From: Nemertoderma westbladi
Lineage: Eukaryota > Animalia > Xenacoelomorpha
Assembly: GCA_032718475.1 (NCBI GenBank)
Contig: JAUCBJ010005805.1
Span: 1 to 34,514 of the forward strand
Direction of reading: 5' to 3'
Length of the DNA stretch: 34,514 nucleotides
The notes under the pieces are model-generated. The model did not search any database, was not told the origin of the DNA, and saw only the letters and a list, made by a program, of their open reading frames with translations. Shown here one piece after another: positions 1-11,627 of the stretch. The position numbers and the translations under genes are program-made. Each line of letters starts with the position of its first letter. Positions within the stretch are counted from its first letter, which is position 1.

Positions 1-716
1 TTATCAGTCTGTCAGTCAGTCAGTGTGAAATAAATTGCTGAGTAAATAATACTAAATGTATGCCATAGACAAATACTGTAGATCTGTAGATAGTGAGAGT
101 AAACTGGTAAATGACTGCCAATAAGGTCCATTACTGCATAGCCTACTGCATTATCAGTAGGCTGATAGGCCTAAGCTTTATTTGAATAGGCCTATTACTG
201 TATTAAGTTCAGTCACGGCCTTGGTTAAAGAGACTAAGACTAGACAAAGACACTAGACAGACATTCAGACAGTAGCAGTACTGCAGTAACTCTGTAACTG
301 CTGAACTCAGGAACTGCAGTACCGGTACCGGTAGAACTGTACTGCAATTCTTCTGTTCTTCAGGTAGTAGGCCTAGTTGGTACCCGTCTGCCCGTAGTCA
401 TTGATTAGGCGTAAGTCTTTACTGCATTGCATCACTGCTGTCTGGCTGTACTGATTGCAATAGGCCTAGTACTGTAGTATTACTGTATTAGGCCTATCAG
501 CCTATAGTACCGGCAGACCGGTATTACGTAGGCCTACACTCCAGCACTCTTTTCGTCTTTTGTCTCTGACAAGTCACAACAAGTAAAGAATTGCAAATTG
601 ACTGTCAGTGTCAGACAGTCAGACAGTACTGCAGTAGGCCTACACAAACGGTGGAGTCTAAGTCTGGACTGTAGTACTGTACCGGTAGGGACTAACTGCT
701 AACAAACAACAGAACA

Positions 717-801
717 ATGGAAGTTGATGAGTCATTCGAAGAAAATAGAAATATGGAGGAAAATGGGAACCGAATTCCCGTACCGGTACCGGAGTATGAT
801 G
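717..801 (+). CDS. Atypical Smad gene, putative coding exon 1 (MEVDESFEENRNMEENGNRIPVPVPEYD-G)
   Basis: ATG at 717 with an in-frame TAA at 693. Strong donor G|GTGAGT at 801/802. Phase 1 matches the acceptor at 3449 (G+GT=Gly). It could instead be an internal exon using the AG at 711-712. Confidence 0.6.
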
Positions 802-1549
802 GTGAGTCAGTGAGTTGGAGTTCATTGTTCATAGTGGAGGGTTTCCAGGTTTCAAAATTAATCTACAGATTTCTGGATTTAGGCTGTTAGGCGCCTGCCT
901 ATCTTCATATACAGCTATAGCTGTATAGATCTGTCTACAGTGTGCAGATACCTGGATACGCTGAATTGTAGAACTGCTTAAATTTATATATTGATTTGTT
1001 GATACCGGACTGCCGGAACCGGGTAGAAGGGTAGGAATTAATGGCAGTACTGAGTACTGTGAGTATGGTCCGTGGATGGTGGACTGGGTTACCGGTACCA
1101 GTACTGACTGACTGTAACTGCAAATGGCTGACGCTGAATGGAGAGAATTCGATGTAATTTAATGTTTACTGTTTTGGTTCCCCTGTAACCTATGCAGACT
1201 ACAGACTGACATTGTTGCGTTAATTTTCAGATTTTATTTTGTAGAATATATTTCTGTATTTTTGTGTAATTTTAGAGCTTGCTCGGGCAACCATAAGTGT
1301 TTAATTTTAATAACCTGGTTGTTTTCTCTCCTCATATACTTTTAATTTAATTTGTTATAAATACATAGTGATAATAAATAAATTTAATAATAATAATAAA
1401 ACCTGCTCCTTTCAGCCTTTACTAACCTGCTCCTTTAAATGGCTTTGCCAAGTAGGTAGGCCTACTGTACCCAGAACCCCTGAACCCAGATACCGCCTGA
1501 CCGCAGTACCAGTCCGCCAGTCGCCGGTCAGCCGGTACCTGCCGAGCTG

Positions 1550-2216
1550 ATGAGACCAACCCAAATTCCTGTTGGTCCCAATAGTGTGGAGGTGAACGAA
1601 TCTGCTCGCAACATTGGCACTATATTTGACATCTTTTTGAATTTCGAGAAACAAATTTCACTTATTGTGCGCAATGCATTCTCCCAACAGTCTAACTACA
1701 GAACTACCTACGCAATCTCTCATCTCTCGAAAGTCAAACACTGTTTCGACAAAGCAACCCTCCAGATGTTAATCCACCCGTTGATATCCAGCAGACTGGA
1801 TTACAACAATGTCCTGTCAGCCTGTATGTATTCTATTATGGTTTACCATGGAATCTTCTCAAGAAATTGAAATACGTCCCAAAACTCTGCAGCCCGATTG
1901 TTTAGTGTCACTTGCAAAACTGAGCACATCACACCAGTGCTCAAAGAGCTGCACTGGTTCCCAGAGATACGGCGAATAGCAGAATAGAGTTTAAGATCGC
2001 ATTATTAACTTATAAGTGCCTCATAACATTGGCCCGGGTTATCTTACTAATCTTTTACACCTCAATCAACCATCCCGTCAGATTCGTTCATCGAATCAGT
2101 GTCTACTTGTAGTCCCGCACTACAATCTACAAACATATGTTCGAAGATCATTTTCAGTCGCAGCACCAACTATTTGGAAGTATCTCCTATGCAAATACGC
2201 TGCTCACCTACTGTAA
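1550..2216 (+). mobile_element. Degenerate L2/CR1-group LINE, 3' part of ORF2
   Basis: Frameshifted motifs ARNIGTIFD..LNFEKQI, LIHPLISSRLDYNN, NSAARL, EHITPVLKELHWFP and RSFSVAAPTIW, typical of L2-clade RT C-termini. Confidence 0.85.
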
Positions 2217-2284
2217 ATAGGTGATTTTCTAAGTGTAATACAAATTACAATACACATATTTTGATCAACTCTTAGATAGACCTA

Positions 2285-2550
2285 GGTCCCACCATGGTGT
2301 AGTGGTCGCATTGAATTCACATCTCCCGTAGGTTGTGGGTTCGATCCTCACATGGGCCAGGGCAGTTTTCGTTTCGGCACGAATGCTTTAAAGGGACCAG
2401 CCAGGGCGCATCTCTCTGCCTTGCATCCTTAAGTGGTAGGTAAATGAGTACTGGAGTTTCCTCTGGGGAGTAAAGTTCTGGGGGACCGCACAGGAAATAA
2501 GTCGTCAGACTTTGTGCGTAATCCCTGGCCTTGCGGCCGAAGAAAACTTA
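2285..2550 (+). mobile_element. tRNA-derived SINE, probably with a Deu/Nin-type central domain
   Basis: Pol III A box TGGTGTAGTGG (2295-2305) and B box GGTTCGATCC (2338-2347). Central GCCTTGCATCCTTAAGTGGTAGGTAAATGAGTAC resembles the Deu/Nin SINE core as I recall it. The last ~35 bp are duplicated at 2661-2695. Confidence 0.75.
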
Positions 2551-3448
2551 ATCAGCTAATAGGCCTATTTATTCGTGAGATTTCAATTTATAAATAAAAC
2601 AAATATACGAGCTCATATGAGCTCAATTGATTGATTGATTGAATTTACTTTACTTTTACTTGTGCGTAATCCCTGGCCTTGCGGCCGAAGAAAATTTACT
2701 TTACTTTTACTTTTGATAAATTACGATACGAAACACATACGAAACTATTTTGTATTTTCTCACAATTGCATTCGTATCGTGTCGTGAAAAATTGGTTCGT
2801 ATCGTATCCTGTCCCTGCCATTATCTGTAATTCCTTATTTCACATTCAAATTACTTGTCCTCCGCCACTTCGTAACAAATTTTCGAATTTTTTTAGTTTT
2901 ATTTGATTCGGCTTTTGATAAAAAAAGTATTTTATGGAAAATATTATAAATATGGAAAAATTTTAATAAATTGTTGAGAATTCGTTTTTTCTTTTTTTTA
3001 TAGTTTTTTGTGCTTCTTGTAGGCCTACTTGTTTATATTAATATATGACGTTTAATTTAAACAATGTACGAAACGAAATAGAATTAGAAATAATCAATTT
3101 CATAATAATATGACGTAAACGTGTATATGAGTCATACTCATTACTCACTAATATAACACTGTATTTTCTAGCGATTTTGGGTATTTTTATATACTCAAGG
3201 CCTAAGAGTACCAACTACCTTTTTTTACATTTTTATAACTCCCAAAAATAAAACTATAACCTGTTCTATTGACTTTAGTTTTTTTATTTTGGTTAAAATA
3301 ACGTGCCACTGTAACCTGCTCCTTTCCCTTTAATTGATAATTTTGGAATCTGGATCCGCGTTTTACACCTACCCCCAACTACCGGTACTCTAACAACCAT
3401 ATCTACCTACAGATAGTAAATATATCTTATTGTCTGATACTCATGTAG

Positions 3449-3661
3449 GTATGGAACAGGTAATATACCAGGAACCCGAGTACTGGTGTTCCGTAACATA
3501 CTATGAGATGAACAACCGAGTAGGTGAGCCATTCCTCGCGTCCGGCAATCAGCTCACTATCGACGGCTACACAGACCCCTCCAGCAGTGGGCGCTTCTGT
3601 TTGGGGTTACTTAGCAACGTAAAACGCACTGAGAAAGTCATAGAAACTCGTCGCCACATTG
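3449..3661 (+). CDS. Smad2/3-like MH2 domain, exon 2
   Basis: tcatgtag|GT acceptor and G|gttagt donor. Encodes YQEPEYWCSVTYYEMNNRVGEPF...DGYTDPSSSGRFCLGLLSNVKR...TRRHIG, the start of an R-Smad MH2 domain. Confidence 0.95.
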
Positions 3662-3925
3662 GTTAGTATCGTAGCTATCAATAAATGTATATATATGCTC
3701 TCGCTCTCATTAGATTTGTTTTTTTAGAAACTCATTTACTTTTTTATGAAATAAAACAATAGATTTAGAGTTTGTTGCCTTAACTGTTTTTCTAACGTTG
3801 AGAAAAGATTTTTAATGTTTAAAAATTGTTTGTATTTAGTTATAGAATTACGTACTCCAAGTCTATAAATTGTTATAAATAAAGAGTTTATTTTCTACTT
3901 AGAAACAAAACGTCGGTTCAGTCCC

Positions 3926-4680
3926 ATGGTGGAATATATCTACTAATGAAACAGAGACCTGTTTTTATTAATCCCGGTGAACCAGAGACCAACCCACATA
4001 ATTTTTGTACTTATAATTTGATTATAGCACAAACAGGTACGTATGAACTGAGAACTATTTATGGTTGAATTACAGTAAGTAAAAACAGGTTATTATTAAT
4101 TACATTAACTATAATTTGTTTTCCTACATAGGGACTTTGTTAAATAAAAAGACACTTAATTTAAAACTGTTCATATCATATACTTTTTATTGTAGGGCCT
4201 AAACTCTATAAACTTGGCCATTTACCAATATAGTTAGTGCATAGGTGCAGTACTCTAATCGACCCTATTGCAAGTCTCGTTACGCTCGTTCTCTTCATTC
4301 GGTCGCCGTAATATATAGCCTACAACAAGGTGGAAAGAGCTCAGTCTTTACTATTACATTTAAACTTTATGATTTATGGCTCAAATGAAGCGCCCCTTAT
4401 CCTTAAATACGAACCATCTTTAGGTGCTAATTTAACTTAAAATTAAACGCAACTTTTAATTAGAAATTAAAGTAATTATTTTTATTGTAAAAAAATATTT
4501 GTGATAAAATCTTCAATTTTTATTTTATATCGTACAAGATATATCTAGATCTATATTTAATTTGAAAAATCACTGATCACTGGTTAAATAGAGACCTATC
4601 CGGAGACCAAAGAACTGTCCAGAGAATCCCGAGATCAGTGATCGGTGACAGGTCTCTGTTTCAACTCTAATTTCTACCAT
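3926..4680. mobile_element. Possible MITE remnant bounded by inverted repeats
   Basis: TGAAACAGAGACCTG (3947-3961) is the exact reverse complement of CAGGTCTCTGTTTCA (4649-4663), with weaker matching further out. Confidence 0.4.
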
Positions 4681-4902
4681 CCGGCTTCTATAATAAACTG
4701 GCACAAAAGACAGTAAAAATAGATAAAAATATTGAAAGTTTTGGTGCCGTAAAAGCTTAAATATATAATTTTTTGGCTGTTAGAAAACTGTTGTGGTAAA
4801 GTTAAGAATAAAACAACCCATCACGTCACAGACACTTCTTTAGGTCCGCCAATCGAGACATCTAGTATTCACTACGTTGTTGTTGTTGTTAGTTTTCAGT
4901 TA

Positions 4903-4972
4903 GGCGCAATGGCGACTCAGTTGGTAGAGCGTTGGACTTAGAATCTCCAGGTACCGAGTTCAATCCCAGCTT
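4903..4972 (+). pseudogene. tRNA-like pseudogene or SINE head
   Basis: CTCAGTTGGTAGAGC D-arm/A box, an anticodon-arm-like GGACTTAGAATCT and B-box-like GAGTTCAATCCC. There is no proper acceptor stem. Confidence 0.6.
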
Positions 4973-4983
4973 CTTGAGTATAA

Positions 4984-5220
<237 letters not shown>

Positions 5221-5303
5221 TAATCCCTCGGTTTCTATTTATATATTATTTTATATATTTTATATTATATAGTAATAGTATATATATATATACATATATT
5301 AAT

Positions 5304-5670
5304 AATGCTGTGCCGGCTTGTCCACAATATTGCGCCACCACAACTCCATATCCCCAGGACTTTCGCGAGATTATCCGCATCTTCAAGAGTCCAAGGCCAG
5401 TGTCCTTTAGGGGGCGTGTCACAAAAGTCTCAGTTAGAGCCCAGCATAGACTCCCATATAAGAGTACTGGTACTACTGCTGTCCTAAATAATAGAACCTT
5501 GGGATTCCGTTTTATTCTATGGGACTTCCAAATCCAGGACAGACTTTTTAACGCTGTCCATGGCTTCTTACGTATCCGAAGGTCTTCACCTGCGAGCAGC
5601 TGGTAACAAGTCATCCAAGTGATCAAGCAAGCTGTCCCTGGAGCTTATGTACTTACGATCAGACATTTCT
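5304..5670 (-). mobile_element. Old, internally deleted RTE-clade LINE fragment
   Basis: GEDLRIRK..W.AL..LS.IWKS and LFRTAVVPVLLYGS.CWALT join directly to LKDTGL. Homologous to the copies at 13771 and 19259. Confidence 0.85.
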
Positions 5671-6034
5671 ACGAAGCGGGCTACCAAGGTTCGACGCTAC
5701 CCCTCCCCCCCCCCCCTCCCCTTTCTCTTATTTATTAACGATCTCCCTAATATTACCAACCTTGTAACTACTTTATGACACAACCCTCTTACACTCAAAT
5801 TCTAACTAATCGAAGACTAATCAGGAGCTCGATAAACTACCTAACTGGCTAGTCTACAACAAACTAACCCTAAACTTATCTAAAACCATATATACATTGT
5901 TTTCTAATTCTCCCCTTCCTCAAGAATCCCTGCCGCCCGTTATTATTAATAATACCTCCAACGTTACTAAAACAAATTATACTAGGGCACTAGCAGGTGT
6001 GGTGGGTTGATTCTAAATTAAACTTCTTTGTGTA

Positions 6035-6388
6035 CGGACAGTTCCGATTCGGACAGTTCCGACCCGGACAATTGCGACCCGGACAGTTCCGACCCGGACA
6101 ATTGAGACCCGGACAGTTCCGACCCGGACAATTCCGACCCGCACAATTCCGACCCGGACAATTGCGACCCGGACAATTCCGAGCCGGACAATTGCGACCC
6201 GGACAATTCCGGCAATTTATAGTTGCATAGTACTTAGTTGAGTGTATTCGGTACTATTGTGTTTTGGGCACACCCCCACCAAATTTTTATAATAATATTA
6301 TAAAAATATATTATATTATAATTATAATTTTTTATTGTCGATTCGTATTTTTTTTATCGACCCGGAATTGTCCGGGTCGCAATTGTCC
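6035..6388. repeat. 15-bp tandem array (~12 copies of CGGACAATTCCGACC) with a distal inverted copy; MITE-like
   Basis: Array at 6035-6212. 6362-6388 is the perfect 27-bp reverse complement of 6186-6212. Confidence 0.85.
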
Positions 6389-7484
6389 TAACTTCAAACT
6401 CCTTATTTCCTAAAAAGGATTTCTAGAACAGCTGCAGTAAAGGATTTCTCGTGCCTCAGCACGATAAGCTCCTAAACGGCTTTTAAAAGTATCTCAAATT
6501 AATTCCAAGTGCTAATACACTTAGTTTACTGTTTTGGTTTGTCGGTCGAGATGACTGACTTGAACTAGCTCGCATAAAACGCGGTCCTTCAACGACTTGT
6601 TATTTACGGACTACCACAGCCCTTTCAAGATAGTACTAAAACACAGTGATTTCTATTTTACAGATGTTATTAATTAGGATGTTATTAATTTAGGATAAAA
6701 ATAGTGGACGGTACATAACACCATAGAAAAACCTCTGGGAAGAGGGAAAAAGAGAAACCGTATGAGGGGTGCTTTGGGTCCGTTAGGAACCAAAGTATAG
6801 CCTCGAAAAATAGTACAAAATGAATGCAATCCAAAATAATTGTAACCAAAAGGATATATGACAGAAAATATAGTATTTTATTCGTTTCTGTGCTAATATA
6901 ATTCAGTCAAAAAAATGTCTAAAATGAAATAAAGTTGTGTTTTTAGTGGTAATAAACTTGGAGCGGCTTCATGCTATTGCATTGGAAAACTTGGCAATAA
7001 ATAGTGCAAACACCAGGTTACTTTCTGTGTCCAAACGGGCGTGGGACCTATTGGATTGAACCGACTTTGTCGTACGACTCAGAGGTTTGACCGACGGTCG
7101 CTACAATGAGCCTACGGACAGAGTGCGCAAGCACTACCGTAAACTGACAGAGTCAAACCCCCCCGGGGGGGGGGGGGGGGGGGTTGGCTGCTACTTTGTC
7201 CTACGACTCAAATGTCTGACCTAGGTCGCGCTGATGAGACACAATCTATTCGTATAATATTTCACTTTTTTTTCATATTTTTCACTTTTTAATATTTCAC
7301 AGTTTATAGTCCATAGATGCGGAATGTTTGACAGTTTTTTTTAACAGGGTTATTACGTTTATTAAAGCAACTTAGCAGGGTTTAAACAAAATATTAAGAT
7401 ATTACAACCACAATCGAAAAACAAACAAAAGGTTATGCCCCTATATCCAGTTGCTGTGTAGTCTAAATCTGTTTGACAGTTATA

Positions 7485-8216
7485 CTAGAACCCTCTGAGA
7501 ACTATAGCAATGATAACCCCAGCGAGCTGCCACATCGCCTCTTGATTGAGGTTTCCCGAACCGTTCTCCATGGTTGTGACCGATGCGTGTGTTGTTGGTG
7601 CCGATGGGGTGGTTTTGTCGTGTTTCCACACGGCTGCTGGACATGGACCTTCATCACAACATTGGAAATGGCAAGTCATGTGCGTTACGGTGTACGTAAG
7701 CTGAAGGTATTTGTAGTAGGACAGGTACCCGAAGATACGAATATTGAAATCGCGGACAAAGTCATTATCATCATCCTCATTTACATCAGACTTTGGGAGG
7801 ACAACTGTCCACATGTACACACAACCTTCTTCACCCATAGGGAGGCAATGGCCCCGGTATCCTTCCGAGAGGCAGATTTTCTCGTTTGCCTCCATGGTTA
7901 CGTCATCCTTGTATTCCTCGGAATATGCTGTGAAGTAGAACGATGCCATTCCACAGCGAACGCAATCATCCCAAGGGAATTCCTCTGTTTTAACGATTCC
8001 GTTAGCGTCAAGGAATTTATCCAGTCTCCTGTTCGTAACATTCTGCAACTGGTCGTTTTTCGAAGACGCTGTCCAATTTTGACCGACTGGGCATGGAAAT
8101 TTCGGCGGTTCTGTGTTGATGTTCTGCGAAGTTGTGTTGATGCTCTGAGCACCTGATAAGGTAAATATCACATTGAGGACAAAAAGAATGGGAATTCGGA
8201 AAGGATAAGTAGCCAT
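7485..8216 (-). CDS. Intronless secreted, probably GPI-anchored Cys-rich protein (Ly6/uPAR three-finger-like), 243 aa, nested in Smad intron 3
   Basis: Hydrophobic signal peptide (FRIPILFVLNVIFTLSGA), 10 Cys including CxxC and a terminal C-x3-CC-x4-C cluster, N-glycosylation sequons, a Ser/Thr-rich stalk and a hydrophobic C-terminus (MWQLAGVIIAIVLRGF) with no cytoplasmic tail. Confidence 0.8.
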   Translation of the reverse strand: MATYPFRIPILFVLNVIFTLSGAQSINTTSQNINTEPPKFPCPVGQNWTASSKNDQLQNVTNRRLDKFLDANGIVKTEEFPWDDCVRCGMASFYFTAYSEEYKDDVTMEANEKICLSEGYRGHCLPMGEEGCVYMWTVVLPKSDVNEDDDNDFVRDFNIRIFGYLSYYKYLQLTYTVTHMTCHFQCCDEGPCPAAVWKHDKTTPSAPTTHASVTTMENGSGNLNQEAMWQLAGVIIAIVLRGF

Positions 8217-8735
8217 GGAGAAATTAAGTAATTGTTTGTTTACTCGTTTCTTTGTTATCAGTTATCGGCCTTTTGCTCACAAAATTATATAAACTAATAA
8301 TTTAATTATTTGGTTAATATTTCTAATTGCTGGTTTATTAAGTAAGGCTTTGGATTATATTATTATATAAGGTACTTAATCTAACGTGTATTTAAAAAAC
8401 TAAACAAACACATATGTTTATACATCAGAAGTGTGTGTAATGTTAGGAAATTGTGATCAATATAGAATTGATTCAGCAGGAACAATTAACCAACTTATAT
8501 GAGGATTTTATGCTACTCGTAAAGCTCCTCTTCATCCATTCCTCAGAACTCTACATATTATATTGCTCAATAAAGATCTCAAGGCGTTCTACACTACAGT
8601 TCAGAATGACTCACAACATATCAACATTAGAAAATCGGAATAACATTACATATCGGCCTGCTGCATTGCTACAGCACATTGCGATTGCTATGACACCACC
8701 ATGCAATCCTCAATCAACATGCTCCAATGCAGCGC

Positions 8736-8846
8736 ACTAGGATCGGCATGCTGCATTGCAGCTGCATTTTTAAGAATGCAGCGTGCATCAAGAATGCGGC
8801 CGACTTATCGACAAAATTGCGCCGTACAACTCCCTTTCCCTCATGT
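8736..8846 (-). mobile_element. 3'-terminal fragment of the local RTE LINE family
   Basis: ACTAGGATCGGCATGCTGCATTGCAGCTGCATTTTTAAGAATGC is identical to 19260-19303. Confidence 0.85.
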
Positions 8847-8861
8847 CTTATAGTAGTACTG

Positions 8862-9100
8862 TGGGGCGAGCCACGAAAGTAGGCGAGCTTAGCATACGGG
8901 TACCACTATCTCAATCGGTGTGTCTGTAGATATGTCGTTCTGTAGAACCCGTGTGTTTAAACGTTAATAACTCAGCTAATCCTCGATTAAATATAACCAA
9001 ACTTGGTACACATGTTGTTTGGCAAACGTTTAGAAATTTTCTAAGCTGAATTTGCGTGTGGCCTTTTAAGCCTTTTATTATTATTATTATTATTAAGCCC
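8862..9100. mobile_element. Possible non-autonomous Helentron-associated (HINE/DINE-like) repeat fragment
   Basis: GTGTGTCTGT...ATAACTC...AAACTTGGTACACATGTT organisation resembles such elements. Recognised by pattern only. Confidence 0.35.
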
Positions 9101-10004
9101 TCAAGATGCACCGATGCAAAGTAAAAAGAAATCGTAAATAAGAAAAGAAAAGAAACCTACTCCGTAGGCCATTGGCGCAATGTCCTGTCGTTGTGGGTAC
9201 AGGAATCGAGATGGTACAGGGTTGCCGGCTGATCGCACAGCTCAAGAGTTGTTCGCCTGGTGAAAGTCATGGTTCAGACTGGTTCAGGCTAACACGGTGG
9301 TGGTAGCCCTTTATCGCATAACGTGTAATGTGCGGTAAAAAATGTTTTGTATTAATTTAACCACAATGCCCAATCAAGAAGAAGAAATCATCTTCTGAAT
9401 AGTTTGGCATTCATTCTGCTTTGAATTGAAGGCAAAACTCCGTTGGGTTGTTGGTTGAGGGTTCTTGGTCTCTCTTTGAGGAAATTTTAATCTCTTGAAG
9501 GTTCTCGGCCAGTGGAAACGTCTTGGAACTTTTTGAGGCAAGTTGGTAAAATGATATGGAATTTGTAAAAAGTACTGTAGTTCAAGTGATTTGTATTAAG
9601 AAATGTGTTTTTAATTATTAATCTAAAATTATTAACTTATTAAAATGCTATCCTCCATGACTTTCTCGAGAAATCCGCATCTTCAAGGCCAGTCAGTGTA
9701 TTTGAATTCTTCAAAATAATTGTATAAATTTCATAGTTCATTATTAATTGTTGAAAAATATCTGCCAAATACATTCCGTTGACTAGGTAACGAGAAACGA
9801 GGTTTCCAACAAACAACAAATTGGACCTATAAAAATTGGAGGAGTAGTAGTAATTAAAAAAATTCAATCTGAGAATTCAATTGCCTTTCAAGTTTAAACT
9901 TTCCCGCGCAAAACTGCCTGTCTCTGGTCTGTTAATATGGGGGTTTTTGTGGGCCGAAATTTCATTTCTGATGTCAGTTTTAATGTATAATGAAATCTAG
10001 AGTG

Positions 10005-10165
10005 TCTATAGACGGTTTCTACGGATGTCGGGTCGGTCTTACATTTTGACGGACATACTGACAGACGGACAGACAGCGATAACCCGAGAACTAAAAGATC
10101 TCGCTAAGCCGTTTTCAGATTTGAAATCCTCGTAAAACTCTGTTCTAGATGAAATAAAAAACAAA
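10005..10165. mobile_element. Possible second HINE/DINE-like fragment in the opposite orientation
   Basis: GACGGACA/GACAGAC microsatellite followed by GATAACCCGAGAACTA...CCGTTTTCAGATTTGAAATC. Confidence 0.35.
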
Positions 10166-10955
10166 AATATGAAATTTAGACAGATTAATTTCCCCGAGAC
10201 CTGCAATGCTGTATGGTATCTGGTTGGAGATGTATTCACTGTACAAATGTATTTATTTCGTCCACCAATTGTGTTCACTGTACATGACTCAGGCTGGTTT
10301 GCCGGATATTTGTCAATTCGGGCCGAATATTACCTTGGAAATTAGAACGGTGCCCTCTCCCTGGCTTAAAGGTAACAGCCAAGAGAGAGCAACCCTCGGG
10401 GTTCAGTAGTGCTGAGCGGTACAGCAGAAATTTACTGACAATAATAGAGGCGATTTTTTCATATTTATTTTAATTCGTATCAAAAAATAAAAGAAGAACA
10501 ATGATAATAATATAACCACTAATCCGTTTCCATGGGAATGGCCTCTATATTTATTCACTAAACTACAAACAATATAAACCAAATATTATGTATTTTTTTT
10601 ATAAGTACCTTTAAAATGTGTAATGTAGTTTAAACAAGTTCGTATGATAATAAAATATACTAGACAGTTCAATAAGAATTCCTATCTCCTTTCATTAGAC
10701 CCCCCGTAGCATTGTAGTGAGTACATTTAGGCTATACTAGCTCTGCTATTTCCCAACTGTACTTGCATTCAATATTAAGTTTTAGTAATGTTATGAAAGA
10801 AATCCTTAAAAGTTACGTTAAGTTAAAGTTAAGTTAGAATCCCAGATCAGATCCCTTTTTACGATCCCCTTTCATTAGAATCCCATATCCCTTTACGATC
10901 GATCCCCTTTCAATAAAATCCCTAAATCACATTTTTCCTTAATGATCCCCTTTCA

Positions 10956-11627
10956 TTAGAATCCCTTATCCTGCAACCAGATTAATATTTCTTCATCCCA
11001 GAATCCCTTGAATGTTATCTGCCGTACGACCTCATCTACTGTATAGCTGAGTTTCCGGTTGAGGTTTAGCTGCCGGAGATGCGAGTCGATGTCCTCGGCT
11101 AGTCTGTACGCGTCCCCGGACACCGAGCGCACCACGGTAATCCGTTGACTGCCTCCGGCCCGAGTGCGTCGGTAGACCGGTAGGTTCTGGTACCGGGTGC
11201 GCTGCACGTGGTAGGGGAGCCCGGTGGGGGGCGTCGGTGGGGGCGGTACCCAGCCGGAGGGGCGACGGTTGCGGTCGGGGTAGGCGGAGGGCGCCCGAGG
11301 GAAGGTCGGGAGCGGGAGGAGGCGGTGGACCCAGTGGAACTCGGAGCGAGATGATTGTACGGGGAAGTCGGAGTCTGGAGGCGGGGGCAGGAAACGCGTC
11401 GCTATGGGGAGGTTGGGAGTGTCGGATGGACAACCTTTTTCGTCTGTGTATTTTAAGTTAGTCCCTTCAGAATCGTCTATAGGTCCCCTGTAATCGGTGT
11501 AATGTCTGGTACTTCGGGTAGTAGTGAGGTGGTTTGGTCTGCTTCCAATACCGTTCTCCTGTATATTATTACATTGAATTCTGGTTTGGCTCCCCGCGGC
11601 TAAACGTCGCACTGCTAATCTCAACAT
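10956..11627 (-). CDS. MRPL49: Mitochondrial large-subunit ribosomal protein mL49 (Img2 domain), 223 aa, intronless, nested in Smad intron 3
   Basis: Arg-rich presequence MLRLAVRRLAA. PSGWVPP, LPYHVQRTRYQNLPVY, RITVVRSVSGD and VDEV...ITFKGF...WLQDKGF* match the mL49 family pattern. Confidence 0.93.
   Translation of the reverse strand: MLRLAVRRLAAGSQTRIQCNNIQENGIGSRPNHLTTTRSTRHYTDYRGPIDDSEGTNLKYTDEKGCPSDTPNLPIATRFLPPPPDSDFPVQSSRSEFHWVHRLLPLPTFPRAPSAYPDRNRRPSGWVPPPPTPPTGLPYHVQRTRYQNLPVYRRTRAGGSQRITVVRSVSGDAYRLAEDIDSHLRQLNLNRKLSYTVDEVVRQITFKGFWDEEILIWLQDKGF

Noticed and set aside
1540-1590. CTGATGA followed by a GACCAAC/GTTGGTC stem, resembling a hammerhead ribozyme
   Set aside because: The required GAAA after stem II is absent (CCAAT instead), and the site lies at the edge of the L2 fragment.
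4903-4972. Functional tRNA with TAG anticodon
   Set aside because: The acceptor and anticodon stems do not pair properly and there is no long variable arm as expected for tRNA-Leu.
5997-6230. ORFs of (GQFRP)n and (SGSEL)n
   Set aside because: Translations of the 15-bp tandem repeat, with no splice or start context.
7060-7245. Two related ~45-bp motifs around a C/G run, the second ending in CTGATGAG
   Set aside because: No stem II or GAAA follows. More likely ends of a small repeat, too degraded to call.
7473-8156. 227-aa plus-strand ORF
   Set aside because: Antisense shadow of the 243-aa secreted protein, with a non-ATG start and no recognisable features.
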